Source: Octopus sinensis (taxonomy: Eukaryota). From it: a DNA stretch of 64,000 nucleotides. Of the stretch, positions 23,420 to 35,646 are shown in pieces. A program made the translations under genes and the position numbers. Below the pieces are notes generated by a model. That model was not told where the DNA came from, made no database searches, and was given only the letters and a program-made list of their open reading frames with translations. Position 1 is the first letter of the stretch; each line of letters starts with the position of its first letter. The stretch spans positions 49,290,001-49,354,000 of the forward strand of contig NC_043013.1 of NCBI RefSeq assembly GCF_006345805.1, read 5' to 3'.

Positions 23420-23870
23420 GAACACCCTTCCTTTCAGGGCCAGCTTCCTCTCGGCCCATTTCTGGGTGAGACTGACCATCCTGCTCGTAACCTCACCCCG
23501 GTTTGTCTCTATTTGGAGCTTTGGACCGAACCAGACTCCAAGCAATTTCACCGGGGGCCATCTGTCCAACATCATACGATGTTGTTGGGTGGCATCGACT
23601 TGTCTCTCCAGGTGCCGAGCTGCAAACTGACCGACTTATCACGGTCTATTTTTGCCCCTGATACTCCTTTTCAATCCCCAATGGCATCACCTACTAGATG
23701 CAGGTATCTGTCAGAGGATACGCTGACGGTGATGTCCGCACACCCTGTTACTCTCCTCCCGCACCCTAGATCACGTGGGACACCCCTCAAGGCCTCCAAT
23801 TTCTGCAGTAAATTTCTGGCTCAAAGGCCAGAACTTACAGTAGGGAGGATAGGGGACATCCTTGTTGGAC
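23420..23870 (-). mobile_element. L1/Tx1-group LINE ORF2 fragment
   Basis: PVKLLGVWFGPKLQIETNRGEVTSRMVSLTQKWAERKLALKGR. Confidence 0.7.
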
Positions 23871-23899
23871 CGAACGTACGATGCTGAACGGCCTAGCAA

Positions 23900-24350
23900 A
23901 TACCCGATTAGGACTAGAAGCCCTGGTATAGACCAAATTCCTACCCATCGGTGGCTGGAATGTTCTGGTGTCACACAGATAAGGGTATACTGTTGCTGCT
24001 CAGGATAAGTACCTTCCAACAATAAATTACTAGTGTAATATTCTGAAACAAAGAAGCAGGCCATCGTACGACAAATACGAAGAACATCCTGAGACAATCG
24101 ACCATTTAATCTCTGGATGCATCCGACTGGTGTCAACAAGAGTATTTGTAAATACTTGATGGATCCGTTCAGTACACACACAAGTCAAAATGCTGGACAT
24201 ACAATCTTCCTTAAAAAGAGAATGGTGAGAGCATATACAACCACAAGTTGTCCAGAATGCTTATGGAATTTCAATGTCCAAATCGATCGAGAAACTCAAC
24301 CAACAGACCAGAAAATGCTTAAAAGAATCATGTTGAAAAGGCGTATATTT
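23900..24350 (+). mobile_element. R4/Dong-like (RLE) non-LTR fragment
   Basis: VAAQDKYLPTINY...HPETIDHLISGC, zinc-knuckle region. Confidence 0.55.
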
Positions 24351-24771
24351 TGATAGGTGTTGCCTCCCCAGCGAGCGAACAAAAAGCACATCTCTGAATA
24401 CGTTTCAAAAGCTAAGCAAAAATAACGACTTCGAGATAGAAATCTGAAGTATGTGGTATCTCAAAGCAACATTTCCTATTATCATTGGAGCGCTTAGAAT
24501 GATATCAAAAGGCGTAAACGAATACGTGGAGCAAATTCCTAACACCAATATCACTAGTCAAAGAATTTGGCCATATTGATATCTAATTTCTGGTGTTCTG
24601 GCCCATGTAAGAATTCCAGATTGCTAATCATAGTGCAGTATCAACCTAGATACAAATATTTATAAATAGACATAATCATACATACGCATTTATTGGTATT
24701 TGGTTGAATACTACAGGCACAGGGAGCAGAGAGAAAAGGAGAGAAAACAACGAAGAATTCTATATTGATAT

Positions 24772-25156
24772 TGGAAGCACTCCGTCGGTTACGACGATGA
24801 GGGTTCCGGTTGATCCGAATCAACGGAACAGCCTGCTTGTGAAGTTAACGTGTAAGTGGCTGAGCACTCCACAGACACGTGTACCCTTAACGTAGTTCTC
24901 GGGGATATTCAGCGTGACACAGAGAGTGACAAGGCCAGCCCTTTGAAATACAGGTACAACAGAAACAGGAAGTAAGAGTGAGAGAAAGTTGTGGTGAAAG
25001 AGTACAGCAGGGATCACCACCATCCCCTGCCGGAGCCTCATGGAGCTTTTTAGGTGTTTTCGGTCAATAAACACTCACAACGCCCGGTCTGGGAATCGAA
25101 ACTGCGATCCTATGACCGCGAGTCCGCTGCCCTAACCACTGGGTCATTGCGCCTCC
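24772..25156 (-). mobile_element. SINE family B with ~11-bp TSD
   Basis: Full rc copy; atattgatat(t) on both flanks. Confidence 0.9.
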
Positions 25157-25361
25157 ACATATTGATATTATACTGAACATGAAAGCAAATAAGCAAATAA
25201 AATCAAATAAGTCATAATAAAATTTTTAAAATGGAAAATTAAAGTGAAAAGAGGTCTAAAGTATTACATATAATTTTCTATTCAAAGTTATAAATCGGAT
25301 TCATTGGGCAATGACTGAATGTATAAGTCCAAAAATAACAGTAGAAGATGATCATGTATCA

Positions 25362-25700
25362 TCATCATTGTTCGACCGTGATCGAGACAATGGAATTTAC
25401 CATGCTACGCCAGACTTCACGGTCCATCATAGCATTACGGAGGTCCTGTTGCTGGATGCCTGTATCCCTGGAGATTACACCAAGGTAGTAGAGTGTGCGC
25501 CCTCTGGTATTGCGAGTAGATGGCGTCCAGAGGAGAAGAGGAGAAATCGCATCGTTGCCACAGGGTGGTCAATGACGGTGTACGAGACAAAGATAGAACG
25601 AACAAGATTAGTGGAAGTATCGAGAATACACAGAGTCTTCGGCAGGTTTTGAGTAATATGTGAAGTTGTCATGTCGATGTGTCGCTTTGGTAAATAATAG
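25362..25700 (-). mobile_element. RTE-like LINE 3' end with (ATG)n tail
   Basis: RGRTL..VISRDTGIQQQDLRNAMMDREVWRSMVNSIVS followed by tgatgatga. Confidence 0.65.
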
Positions 25701-25835
25701 AGTTTATATGCCAATACAAGACATTGTTTTTCTATGAAGTAGGTATTCCAGAAAAATATAAGACAGGTAATTACATATTAGTCGAGTATGGACGTCGTTT
25801 CGGATTTAGTAGGTGATGGGATTAGAGAAGAAAAG

Positions 25836-26030
25836 GCGGCGAGCTGGCAGAAACGTTAGCATGCCGGACGAAATGCGATCTGAGTTCAAATTCCGCCGAG
25901 GTCAACTTTGCCTTTCATCCTTTCGGGGTCGATAAATTAAGTACCAGTTAAGCACTGGGATCGATGTAATCGACTTAATGTCCTTGTTTATCACCTCTAT
26001 GTTTAGCCCCTTGTGGGCAATAAAGAAATA
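25836..26030 (+). mobile_element. SINE family C (internal deletion)
   Basis: ggcggcgagctggcagaaacgttagc...gccccttgtgggcaataaagaaata. Confidence 0.85.
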
Positions 26031-26330
26031 AGGATTAGAGAAGAAAAAAAAACATAGAAAACAGGGAAAGACGTCGAAGGAAATGGGGGGGGAGAAGTAT
26101 CTCTAATGAAATGCTAATCACTTTAATTAGATTAATGCTGGAACGTTAATTTTCATTTATGCTTAACATCTACAATTAATTCGTTGCATTTGAGAAATAA
26201 ATAATCACCATTAGCTTCAAAATATCCGGGGTGAACATAAACACACTTTGAAGCCTCTCCAGGTCTTTCTCTGGATTTTTTTTCCGGAATAGACTGTTCC
26301 TGGAAGTAAAGTTTTCTTGCTTCTTTAAGA

Positions 26331-26704
26331 ATGGCCCAGTGGTTAGGGCAGCGGACAGGCGGTCGTAGGATCGCGGTTTCGATTCCCAGACCGGGCGTTG
26401 TGAGTGTTTATTGAGCGAAAACACCTAAAGCTCCACGAGGCCCCGGCAGGGGATGGTGGTGATCCCTTCTGTACTCTTTCACCACAACTTTCTCTCACTC
26501 TTACTTCCTGTTTCTGTTGTACCTGTATTTCAAAGGGCCGGCCTTGTCACTCTCTGTGTCACGCTGAATATCCCCGAGAACTACGTTATGGGTACACGTG
26601 TCTGTGGAGTGCTCAGCCACTTACACGTTAACTTCACGAGCAGGCTGTTCCATTGATTCGGATCAACCGGAACCCTCGTCGTCGTAACCGACGGAGTGCT
26701 TCCA
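26331..26704 (+). mobile_element. SINE family B
   Basis: Near-full copy. Confidence 0.9.
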
Positions 26705-26719
26705 CTGTAGAGATAGCAT

Positions 26720-27170
26720 AAGTGGGGATGATCCTGAGAAGCAAACATTTATCACCTCGACGCATGATGAAGAAAAATTGCGAGATACGAATTTCCACGC
26801 CCATTCTTTGCTTACGATGAAACTTACGCTACCTCTTGCTCTGGCAGCCTCTACCTTTCCCAGTCTCACAACACTTCCGTCTATATATTTTGCATTTGGT
26901 TCTTCGCTATCACATGTTTTGATGAGTCCAATCTCGTTGCATTTGAATTTAACTGTCACCACCCGTCCAGTTGGAAAGTGCGTCAGGTAAGGAAATTCCA
27001 CCTCTCCAAAACTCAATACCGAACTACTTGAAATGGTCATCAGAGACATTGACTGGCGAATCGGAGGTTTATTAGTATTAACATCAACGGCGACTTACTA
27101 ATACACTTCTGATTCGCAAACAACATCGCAAAAACCTCAGACAAGTTGCTCACCAAGCTGACTAGCTAAA
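26720..27170 (-). mobile_element. LINE AP-endonuclease relic (RTE-like)
   Basis: VRLGKVEAARARGSVSFIVSKEWAWKFVSRNFSSSCVEVINV resembles the GVGxIL region of LINE endonucleases. Confidence 0.4.
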
Positions 27171-27378
27171 TACCCGGCAAAAGGTGTCAAAATAAATCAA
27201 ATGGAAATGAATATGTACCAGTCTTTAACAAATTAAGTACTGGGATCGATTCGTTCGACTAAAAATTCTTCAATGCGATGCTCCAGTATGGCCGCTGTCT
27301 AATGACTGTAACGAGTAAAAGATAAAAGATAATAGAAATGCCGCCCCAAGAGGAGAGTTATTTCTGCATAATATAGAT

Positions 27379-27597
27379 CAGTGGTTTTCAACCAGGGTTC
27401 CGCGGAACCGTAGGGTTTCGCCAGTACAGTCCAGGGGTTCCGCAAGAAGTTACAAAACTGATAAAATCGGCAGTAATTTTTAATTCTCATGTGCAGATAT
27501 GTGTGCATAAGACTATTAAATTATTCCAAAGGGGTTCCCCGAGCCAGTGGAATGTTTCCTTGGGGTTCCGCTCCAGCAAAAAGTTTGAAAAGCACTG
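27379..27597. mobile_element. hAT MITE with 8-bp TSD atatagat
   Basis: TIR cagtggttttcaa/ttgaaaagcactg; TSD at 27371-27378 and 27598-27605. Confidence 0.9.
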
Positions 27598-27668
27598 ATA
27601 TAGATTGTATGAAAATTATGATAGTGCAAGATATATTCTTAAACAAAATATCAACATTTCTATTTCAG

Positions 27669-27813
27669 CATGTAATGAAAGGACAAGCGAAGGAATATTA
27701 TGCTTTGGCTGGGCTGAATTATTACACACTCTACGAAGTCAAAGTGCAAGCGTTTAATGAGAAAGGCTTGGGTCCTAATTCCACTATATCAAGTATTTAT
27801 TCAGCCGAAGACT
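27669..27813 (+). CDS. Cntn: Contactin-like exon 6 (FN3-2 C-half)
   Basis: tttcag|...GACT|gtgagt; HVMKGQAKEYYALAGLNYYTLYEVKVQAFNEKGLGPNSTISSIYSAED. Confidence 0.93.
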
Positions 27814-27845
27814 GTGAGTTTCAAAACATTTATATTATAGTCTTA

Positions 27846-28075
27846 AGGCGGCGAGCTGGCAGAAACGTTAGCACGCCGGGCGAAATGCTTTGCGGTATTT
27901 CGTCTGCCGTTACGTTCTGAGTTCAAATTCCGCCGAGGTCGACTTTGCCTTTCATCCTTTCGGGGTCGATAAATTAAGTACCAGTAACGCACTGGGGTCG
28001 ATGTAATCGACTTAATCCCTTTGTCTGTCCTTGTTTGTCCCCTCTATGTTTAGCCCCTTGTGGGTAATAAAGAAA
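27846..28075 (+). mobile_element. SINE family C with 14-bp TSD
   Basis: tatattatagtctt at 27831 and 28078; about 30 nt from the exon 6 donor. Confidence 0.9.
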
Positions 28076-28199
28076 CATATATTATAGTCTTTCCTATGGC
28101 CGCTAGATACTCATAATGATGTTGCGATTGAATTGCGTTTAAGCTACTGCTAGTCATATAACATTAATTAATTAATTACATGAATACATTATCTTTCAG

Positions 28200-28321
28200 T
28201 GCCTCGCGCTGTTCCCGTCGATGTTTTTGCTGATACTTATAACGCAACAGCTCTTATAATAACATGGACACCACCTGTAAATGATCGCCCAACTATGAGA
28301 GGAAAAATATTAGGATATCAG
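28200..28321 (+). CDS. Cntn: Contactin-like exon 7 (FN3-3 N-half)
   Basis: ctttcag|...CAG|gtaatt; LPRAVPVDVFADTYNATALIITWTPPVNDRPTMRGKILGYQ. Confidence 0.93.
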
Positions 28322-28424
28322 GTAATTAATTCAGGAATATCATCCGTATTTTGAAGTTTTTAGTATTTCCTTCAGAAAGCAGTCTCAAGCATACACCATT
28401 GTTAACCTTTGCAATACTATAAGG

Positions 28425-28623
28425 CAGTGGTTTTCAACCAGGGTTCCGCCAGTACAGTCCAGGGGTTCCGCAAGAAGTTACAAAACTGCTAAAATCGGCA
28501 GTAATTTTTAAGTCTCCTGTGCAGATGTGTGCATAAGACTATTAAATTATTGCACAGGGGTTCCTCGAGTCAGTGGAATGTTTTCTTGGGGTTCCGCTCC
28601 AGCAAAAAGTTTGAAAAGCACTG
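28425..28623. mobile_element. hAT MITE with 8-bp TSD ctataagg
   Basis: Same family as 27379; TSD at 28417-28424 and 28624-28631. Confidence 0.9.
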
Positions 28624-28924
28624 CTATAAGGAACGATTTTTTTTTTTAAGGATTGATAAAATATGTACCAATGAAGTAGCTATACAATCCTCCAAAATGT
28701 GACCTTGTTTCCATATTAGAAACGATTATCTTTCATTAATTTTAAAAGAAAAAAATGTTCTATACAATTTCTCTGAGATAAAAGACTAATCAATTTTCAA
28801 TAAAGGCTATGTAATTCTACATACTTTTAGTATAATTTTAATAATTCAATTGGTTAAGAAGTAAATAGTTGACAACATTTTTTTACATTTAGTATTCTTA
28901 TTGATAATATATTTTTAATGCAAA

Positions 28925-29110
28925 GTCGGCGAGCAGGCAGAATCGTTAGCGCGCCGGGCAAAAAAAAGTTTAGCAGAATTTTGTCCGTCTTCACATTTTA
29001 AATTCAAATTCCGCTGAGGTTGGCTTTCGTCTTTTCGGGGTCAATAAAATAAGTACTACATGAATACTGGGTCGATGTAATCGTCTCACCCCCTCCCCCA
29101 AATAGTTGGC
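28925..29110 (+). mobile_element. Diverged SINE C-type copy
   Basis: ggcgagcaggcagaatcgttagc...ggtcgatgtaatcg. Confidence 0.7.
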
Positions 29111-29242
29111 CGTGCTCCATGAATAAAGAACATATTTTAAATTAGATTATAATCAGATGATGCCACGTTTTTAAAACGTATGCATAATTCCCGAAAGGAA
29201 ACCCGAAGATTTATTTTTTACTGTCTCTACGCTTTCAAACAG

Positions 29243-29429
29243 ATAAATTGGGAAAACAGAGATGTTGATGATCCTATACGCTACTCGCAATCATTCTATG
29301 GTGAAATCAGTGAAGCAATCATTATTGGGCTCTTTCCAAATGGATACTATTGGGTAACAGTTCAGGTGTTTAACACTGCTGGTCTTGGTCCTCTCAGTGA
29401 AAAATATCTTGGTTCAACAGGAATGGATG
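29243..29429 (+). CDS. Cntn: Contactin-like exon 8 (FN3-3 C-half)
   Basis: aacag|...GATG|gtaaat; INWENRDVDDPIRYSQSFYGEISEAIIIGLFPNGYYWVTVQVFNTAGLGPLSEKYLGSTGMD. Confidence 0.93.
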
Positions 29430-29620
29430 GTAAATTTGAAAATCTTGCTATTATTTTCTTCAACTTTCAGAGAAAAATTATAAATATCGAATTATTCAGA
29501 TAGATATTGTTGTTTCTTTTTCCACATTACTTCTTCATATGCTAACTGGATCTCCAGATTTAAAAAGTGACTAGTGATGCTGAACAATAGGTAGAAGTAT
29601 ACCGGTTGGTCTTCTAGAAA

Positions 29621-30035
29621 GGCGGCGAGCTGGCAGAAACGTTAGCACGCTGGACGAAATGCTTAGCGGTATTTCGCCTGCCGTTACGTTGTGAGTTCAA
29701 ATTCCGTCGAGGTCGACTTTACCTTTCATCCTTTCGGGGTCGGTAAATTAAGTACCAGTTATGCACTGGGGTCGATGTAATCGACTTAATACCTATGTCT
29801 GTCCTTGTTTGTCCCCTCTATGTTTAGCCCCTTGTGGGATATAAAGAAATAGGTATTTCGTCTGCCGTTACGTTGTGAGTTCAAATTCCGTCGAGGTCGA
29901 CTTTACCTTTCATCATTTCGGGGTCGGTAAATTAAGTACCAGTTACGCACTGAGGTCGATGTAATCGACTTAATACCTATGTATGTCCTTGTTTGTCTTC
30001 TCTGTGTTTAGCCCCTTGTGGGTAGTAAAGAAATA
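29621..30035 (+). mobile_element. SINE family C dimer with 16-bp TSD
   Basis: ggttggtcttctagaa at 29604-29619 and 30036-30051; second unit 29852-30035 (184 nt). Confidence 0.9.
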
Positions 30036-30145
30036 GGTTGGTCTTCTAGAATTTTGGAAAGAGAAGTTTTAGTCATATATGCAACTGAAAATTAATTTTA
30101 ATTTTTGTTTTTCATATTTTTCTTTTCACTTTTATTACCATCCAG

Positions 30146-30261
30146 CGCCCTTAAATTTCCCTACTGAAGTCACCGTTTACTCAAGAGACAGTTCAAGCGT
30201 TGAAGTAAAATTCCGCGGAATAGGATTTGGTATTGACGAAAGCCCTGTAACAGGTTATAAG
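30146..30261 (+). CDS. Cntn: Contactin-like exon 9 (FN3-4 N-half)
   Basis: tccag|...AAG|gtaaaa; APLNFPTEVTVYSRDSSSVEVKFRGIGFGIDESPVTGYK. Confidence 0.92.
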
Positions 30262-30321
30262 GTAAAATACTTTGAACACTGAAAATGCTTGGTACATTAT
30301 TAGTTTTTTTTTTACTACATA

Positions 30322-30740
30322 GGCGCAGGAGTGGCTGTGTGGTAAGTAGCTTGCTAACCAACCACATGGTTCCGGGTTCAGTCCCACTGTGTGGGATCTT
30401 GGGCAAGTGTCTTCTGCTATAGCCCCGGGCCGACCAATGCCTTGTGAGTGGATTTGGTACGCGGAAACTGAAAAGAAGCCTGTCGTATATATGTATATAT
30501 ATATAAGTGTGTGTGTATATGTTTGTGTGTCTGTGTTTGTCCCCCTAGCATTGCTTGACAACCGATGCTGGTGTGTTTACGTCCCCGTAACTTAGCGGTT
30601 CGGCAAAAGAGACCGATAGAATAAGTACTGGGCTTACAAAAAGAATAAGTCCCGGGGTCGAGTTGCTCGACTAAAGGCGGTGCTCCAGCATGGCCGCAGT
30701 CAAATGACTGAAACAAGTAAAAGAGTAAAGAGTAAAGAGA
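30322..30740 (+). mobile_element. SINE family A
   Basis: Full copy. Confidence 0.9.
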
Positions 30741-30902
30741 GTTTACTGAATACAATGTTTATTAAGGACTAGTGTGGTCGTGTGGGTAACAAGCTTGCTT
30801 CCCCATCATACGGTCTTAAGTTCGGTCGCAATGCGTGGTACTGCGGCACTCTTGTGAGTGGATTTGATAGCCGGAAACTCTCAGTTTCCGTCTATCAGTG
30901 TA

Positions 30903-30943
<41 letters not shown>

Positions 30944-30974
30944 TATATATATATATGGATGTATGTGTGCATAT

Positions 30975-31032
<58 letters not shown>

Positions 31033-32127
31033 GGCGGTTTAGTTCAGGTATGATCTAAACGGTTATGTACGCTAGGTAAGTGCTGTAACGGATTACTAGG
31101 GCTCCGAGGTTATAGCCGAGATGGTAGTTATGGGGCCATTGCAGATTTCCGATACAGTGGATATATAATTGTTAAAGAGGACAACAAACGTTAACGCAAG
31201 GAAAACATCTCCCGTCATATGCAATATTATTATTGGAAAGAATAAAGTCTTACGGCTGTTTCTGCGATATCCAAGAGTATGGGGTATTCTGTCGTCAGAG
31301 ACAAATAAGGAAAATGAGAAGGGTATAGATTAATGAAATGACGCCATAGAGGACAGGAGTAAAGGAATAAGGAGATGAAGAAAGAGAAGAATAAAGAAGC
31401 ATAAAAGTTCACAGTTCAACTTTTCGATCTTGTAGAAATAAGTCCATAGGCCCTTAGGTGCAATCTTGCGTAAATCCATGTGGGTTGAAGTCCTGATATT
31501 GTGAACATCCAGAAAAAAAGACGCGAACATATCAACGTTCAATAACTGAATGGTAGCCGAGGTGGCTATTAAATGGTATAAAGAAAGAAAAGTAAATAAA
31601 TAGAAAGATAGGTAGATAAAGTGAGTGGGGGGAAGTTAAAGATTGGCGTAAAGGATAAAGTAAGATATGTAAAAATATAGTGTCTAAGAATATAGTGTAC
31701 AAAGATAGCCAAAAAGATAAGAGGGAGGAGGAGGAGGAGGAAGATAATGTAAAAATTTAACAAAAATAGAGCAAAATGAAAGGAGAATTTAAAGAGAATC
31801 GTAGGTGCCATTGGTATTCTTCTAGTCTATAGGGGTCACATAATATATAACTAAACTGATGAATAATTTATCCAGGCATTCCCGAAGTTTTCATTTCGAT
31901 GTAAAAATATCTCGTTAACAATATACTCTTTAGCAATATCTCTGTGAAAGGCACCTAAACTGAATGGAGATATTGAAGCAAGCATCTTGTTAGACATACC
32001 ACTAAAAATATGCTTGAATTAAATAAAATTAATTAGGCGATTTATTAAGAGTTAAAAGTACTCCCCGCCTTTTTTGCAGGGAATGTTTAGGGCCAAACAA
32101 TAATCATTTTTCTAAGATGCATGAATA

Positions 32128-32524
32128 GGCGCAGGAGTGGCTGTGTGGTAAGTAGCTTGCTAACCAACCACATGGTTCCGGGTTCAGTCCCAGTGCGTGG
32201 CATCTTGGGCAAGTGTCTTCTGCTATAGCCCCGGGCCGACCAATGCCTTGTGAGTGGATTTGGTAGACGGAAACTGAAAGAAGCCTGTCGTATATATGTA
32301 TATATATATAAGTGTGTGTGTATATATGTTTGTGTGTCTGTGTTTGTCCCCCTAGCATTGCTTGACAACCGATGCTGGTGTGTTTACGTCCCCGTAACTT
32401 AGCGGTTCGGCAAAAGAGACCGATAGAATAAGTACTGCGCTTACAAAGATTTGTCCCGGGGTCGATTTGCTCGACTAAAGGCGGTGCTCCAAATGACTGA
32501 AACAAGTAAAAGAGTAAAAGAGTA
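32128..32524 (+). mobile_element. SINE family A
   Basis: Full copy with a small 3' deletion. Confidence 0.9.
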
Positions 32525-32790
32525 AGTGGTTTGGGGGGGGGGTATTCCTGTATTCAGAGCTGAATGTCCTGAACTTTCCTTCACATTATGTCATACCAAT
32601 ACTAGGAACACTAAAACATTGATACGTACTGGGGAAATTTGAATTAGCGAAGATATCCGAACTATATTTTGGCAAAACTGGGCAGTTCAAAATATGAAAC
32701 AATATATATTGGCATTAATGTATTGCAACTAACATTATGTAAATGATCTCTGGGGTCGAATTATCAATGACGGTAGTTTGTAGCTCAGTA

Positions 32791-33172
32791 ATGACTGCGG
32801 CCATGCTGGAGCACCGCCTTTAGTCGAGCAAATCGACCCCGAGACTTATTCTTTTGTAAGCCCAGTACTTATTCTATCGGTCTCTTTTGTCGAACCGCTA
32901 AGTAACGGGGACATAAACACACCAGCATCGGTTGTCAAGCAATGCTAGGGGGACAAACACAGACACACAAACACACACACGCATATATATATATATATAT
33001 ACATATATACGACGGGCTTCTTTCAGTTTCCCTCTACCAAATCCACTCACAAGGCTTTGGTCGGCCCGAGACTATAGTAGAAGAAACTTGCCCAAGGTGC
33101 CACGCAGTGGGACTGAACCCGGAACCATGTGGTTGGTAAACAAGCTACTTACCACACAGCCACTCCTGCGCC
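32791..33172 (-). mobile_element. SINE family A
   Basis: rc copy ending 68 nt upstream of exon 10. Confidence 0.9.
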
Positions 33173-33240
33173 TTTAATATGTAATTTCATGAAATAGTAT
33201 TGCTAATGTAACGCTCTAGTGAAATGCATTCTTATTTTAG

Positions 33241-33415
33241 CTATGTTACCGATCTGTAAGAGAAGTCTGGGACTTGGATAACTGCAAAGATATTGGCTTC
33301 GTTGAAGGTGGCGTTCTTGGCGATCTGGAGAAAGACACTTTATATAAGCTGAGAGTTTTAGCTTGGAGTGGTGATGGCGATGGTAAAAAGAGTGAAGCTA
33401 TATACTTCACACTTG
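33241..33415 (+). CDS. Cntn: Contactin-like exon 10 (FN3-4 C-half)
   Basis: ttttag|...CTTG|gtaagt; LCYRSVREVWDLDNCKDIGFVEGGVLGDLEKDTLYKLRVLAWSGDGDGKKSEAIYFTL. Confidence 0.92.
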
Positions 33416-33560
33416 GTAAGTAACACAACTTATTTAAAACAGCATACAAATAATTAGGCTTTCTAATAAATATTTCGAAATGTTTATTTGTACTTTTATA
33501 TTAAAAATTAAACATTTAGAGAACCAAATTTATGTACAGTAAATCTGTAATAGATGCTGT

Positions 33561-33918
33561 GGAGGCGTAATGGCCCAGTGGTCAGGGTAGCGGACTCGCG
33601 GTCGTAGGATCGCGGTTTCGATTCCCAGACCGGGCATTGTGAGTGTTTATTGAGCGAAAACACCTAAAGCTTCACAAGGCTCCTGCTGTACTCTTTCACC
33701 ACAACGTTCTCTCACTCTTTCTTCCTGTTTCTGTTGTACCTGTATTTCAAAGGGCCAGCCTTGTCACACTCTGTGTCACGCTGAATCTCCTCGAGAACTA
33801 CGTTAAGGGTACACGTGTCTGTGGAATGCTCAGCCACTTGCACGTTAATTCCACGAGCAGGCTGTTCCGTTGGTCGTATCAGCTGGGACCCTCATCGTCG
33901 TAACCGACGGAGTGCTCC
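33561..33918 (+). mobile_element. SINE family B variant (B head, B'-type tail variants)
   Basis: Lacks ggcaggggatggtggtgatccc; has cgtatcagctggga and gtgctcc like the copy at 11450. Confidence 0.85.
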
Positions 33919-34382
33919 TATATATAATAGAGGCTACAACTCATTCAGTTAATTTCGCTTTTGAAGACGAAATTGCTTTCGTGAAAGAAATTTTTTTACA
34001 GAAATATGTTTGACTTATATGTTTGTATATTTTTATAAGTTATCAAAAGAGGTATGAGCAGTAACTTTTTCAATCTCTCTCATATTAATCGGGAGAAGAC
34101 TGATGAACAGTTTAAGCATCTGTGGAACGATACCCTGCAGAAAACAACGTCGATGGAATGGCGAATTATTCCTGTGGAGTACAGTTTTGAGAAGGAAGAC
34201 CTGGGTGATGTATTTAGTGCAGGATGTGGGAAGTGAAAGCAATAAAGGTGATGAGGAGAAAACCATGGGTATGTCTGGGTGCAAAAGGGTATACTGGTAC
34301 ATAGTTCAGAGAAATATATTTTAATGTAGCATTTGTAGATGTAGAATTGAATAGCTTGGTTGTATGTTAGTAATTTGAACAA

Positions 34383-35125
34383 GGCGCAGGAGTGGCTGTG
34401 TGGTAAGTATCTTGCTAACCAACCACATGGTTCCGGGTTCAGTCCCACTGTGTGGCATCTTGGGCAAGTGTCTTCTGCTATAGCCCCGGGCCGACCAATG
34501 CCTTGTGAGTGGATTTGGTAGATGGAAACTGAAAGAAGCCCGTCGTATATATGTATATATATATATATATATATATTATATAAAAGGGCTTAGTAAAATA
34601 AATACTTTGCCGCATACTGAACTCATTAGAAATAGCAGCCAAAAAACTTTTTTAAAGCTATTTCTAATACTTAAAGAAAATCTTTAAAGATTTTCTTTAA
34701 GTATTAGAAATAGCTTTAAAAAAGTTTTTTGGCTGCTATTTCTAATGAGTTCAGTATGCGGCAAAGTAATTTATTTTACTAGCCCTTTTATATAATGTAA
34801 TAATTTGAATTCGCCTTGAATGGTCCCTTTGCATACTGAACACTTGGTGAATTGATTAATAATTATTAATTTTGCCCTCATTGTTGAAATTATATATATA
34901 TATATATGCGTGTATGTGTTTGTGTGTCTGTGTTTGTCTCCCTAGCATTGCTTGACAACCGATGCTGATGTGTTTACGTCCCCGTCACTTAGCGGTTCGG
35001 CAAAAGAGACCGATAGAATAAGTACTGGGCTTACAACAAGAATAAGTCCCGGGGTCGATTTGCTCGACTAAAGGCGGTGCTCCAGCATGGCCGCAGTCAA
35101 ATGACTGAAACAAGTAAAAGAGAGT
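34383..35125 (+). mobile_element. SINE family A interrupted in its (TA)n tract by a ~320-bp insertion
   Basis: Head 34383-34550; body resumes at about 34905. Confidence 0.85.
34575..34796. repeat. 222-bp spacer-less palindrome
   Basis: Centre tcttt|aaaga at 34685/34686; one indel and one mismatch seen. Confidence 0.9.
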
Positions 35126-35646
35126 AAAAAAAAAAAGTTGAGTTTCTTTGACGATGTGATTGGAAATGTTGTGTATGATATGTTCACTGGCATTACTCCT
35201 CTTGCGTCAATAAAGCTGATTTATCAACAGATGGTCTTTTTTGATGTTGTGAACGATGTTTTTTTGCTTAAAACAATCAACACTGTCCAAAATATGACAC
35301 CTGTACTCCAGTCCTGGTGTTATTTATAGGTGTGCATGCATAGGGTTATATGCGCGCACGCGTGTGTGCGTCTGTACATGCAAATGGATCATTAACTTAA
35401 TGACTTTGATTCCTATTTATTGTAATCATAGTTTCATGAAAGAGAAATCAGTACCGTCAGAGATGAGAAAATCGGGGACCGTAACATTATATATATATAT
35501 ATCGTAGGGGTGATCTATCGCATAATTTTATGTATTACTTTGTGGTGCCAACTACATTAGATTGTCTGCACATATGAATTTCTTCCCTATAGCTGTGCAC
35601 TCCAAGTCACAGTATGTGTAACGTTTTGATTCCTTTAATATTATAG

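Noticed and set aside
31030-31560. Possible PLE RT relic on the minus strand (FILSNNNIAYDGRCF)
   Set aside because: Only one short plausible motif.
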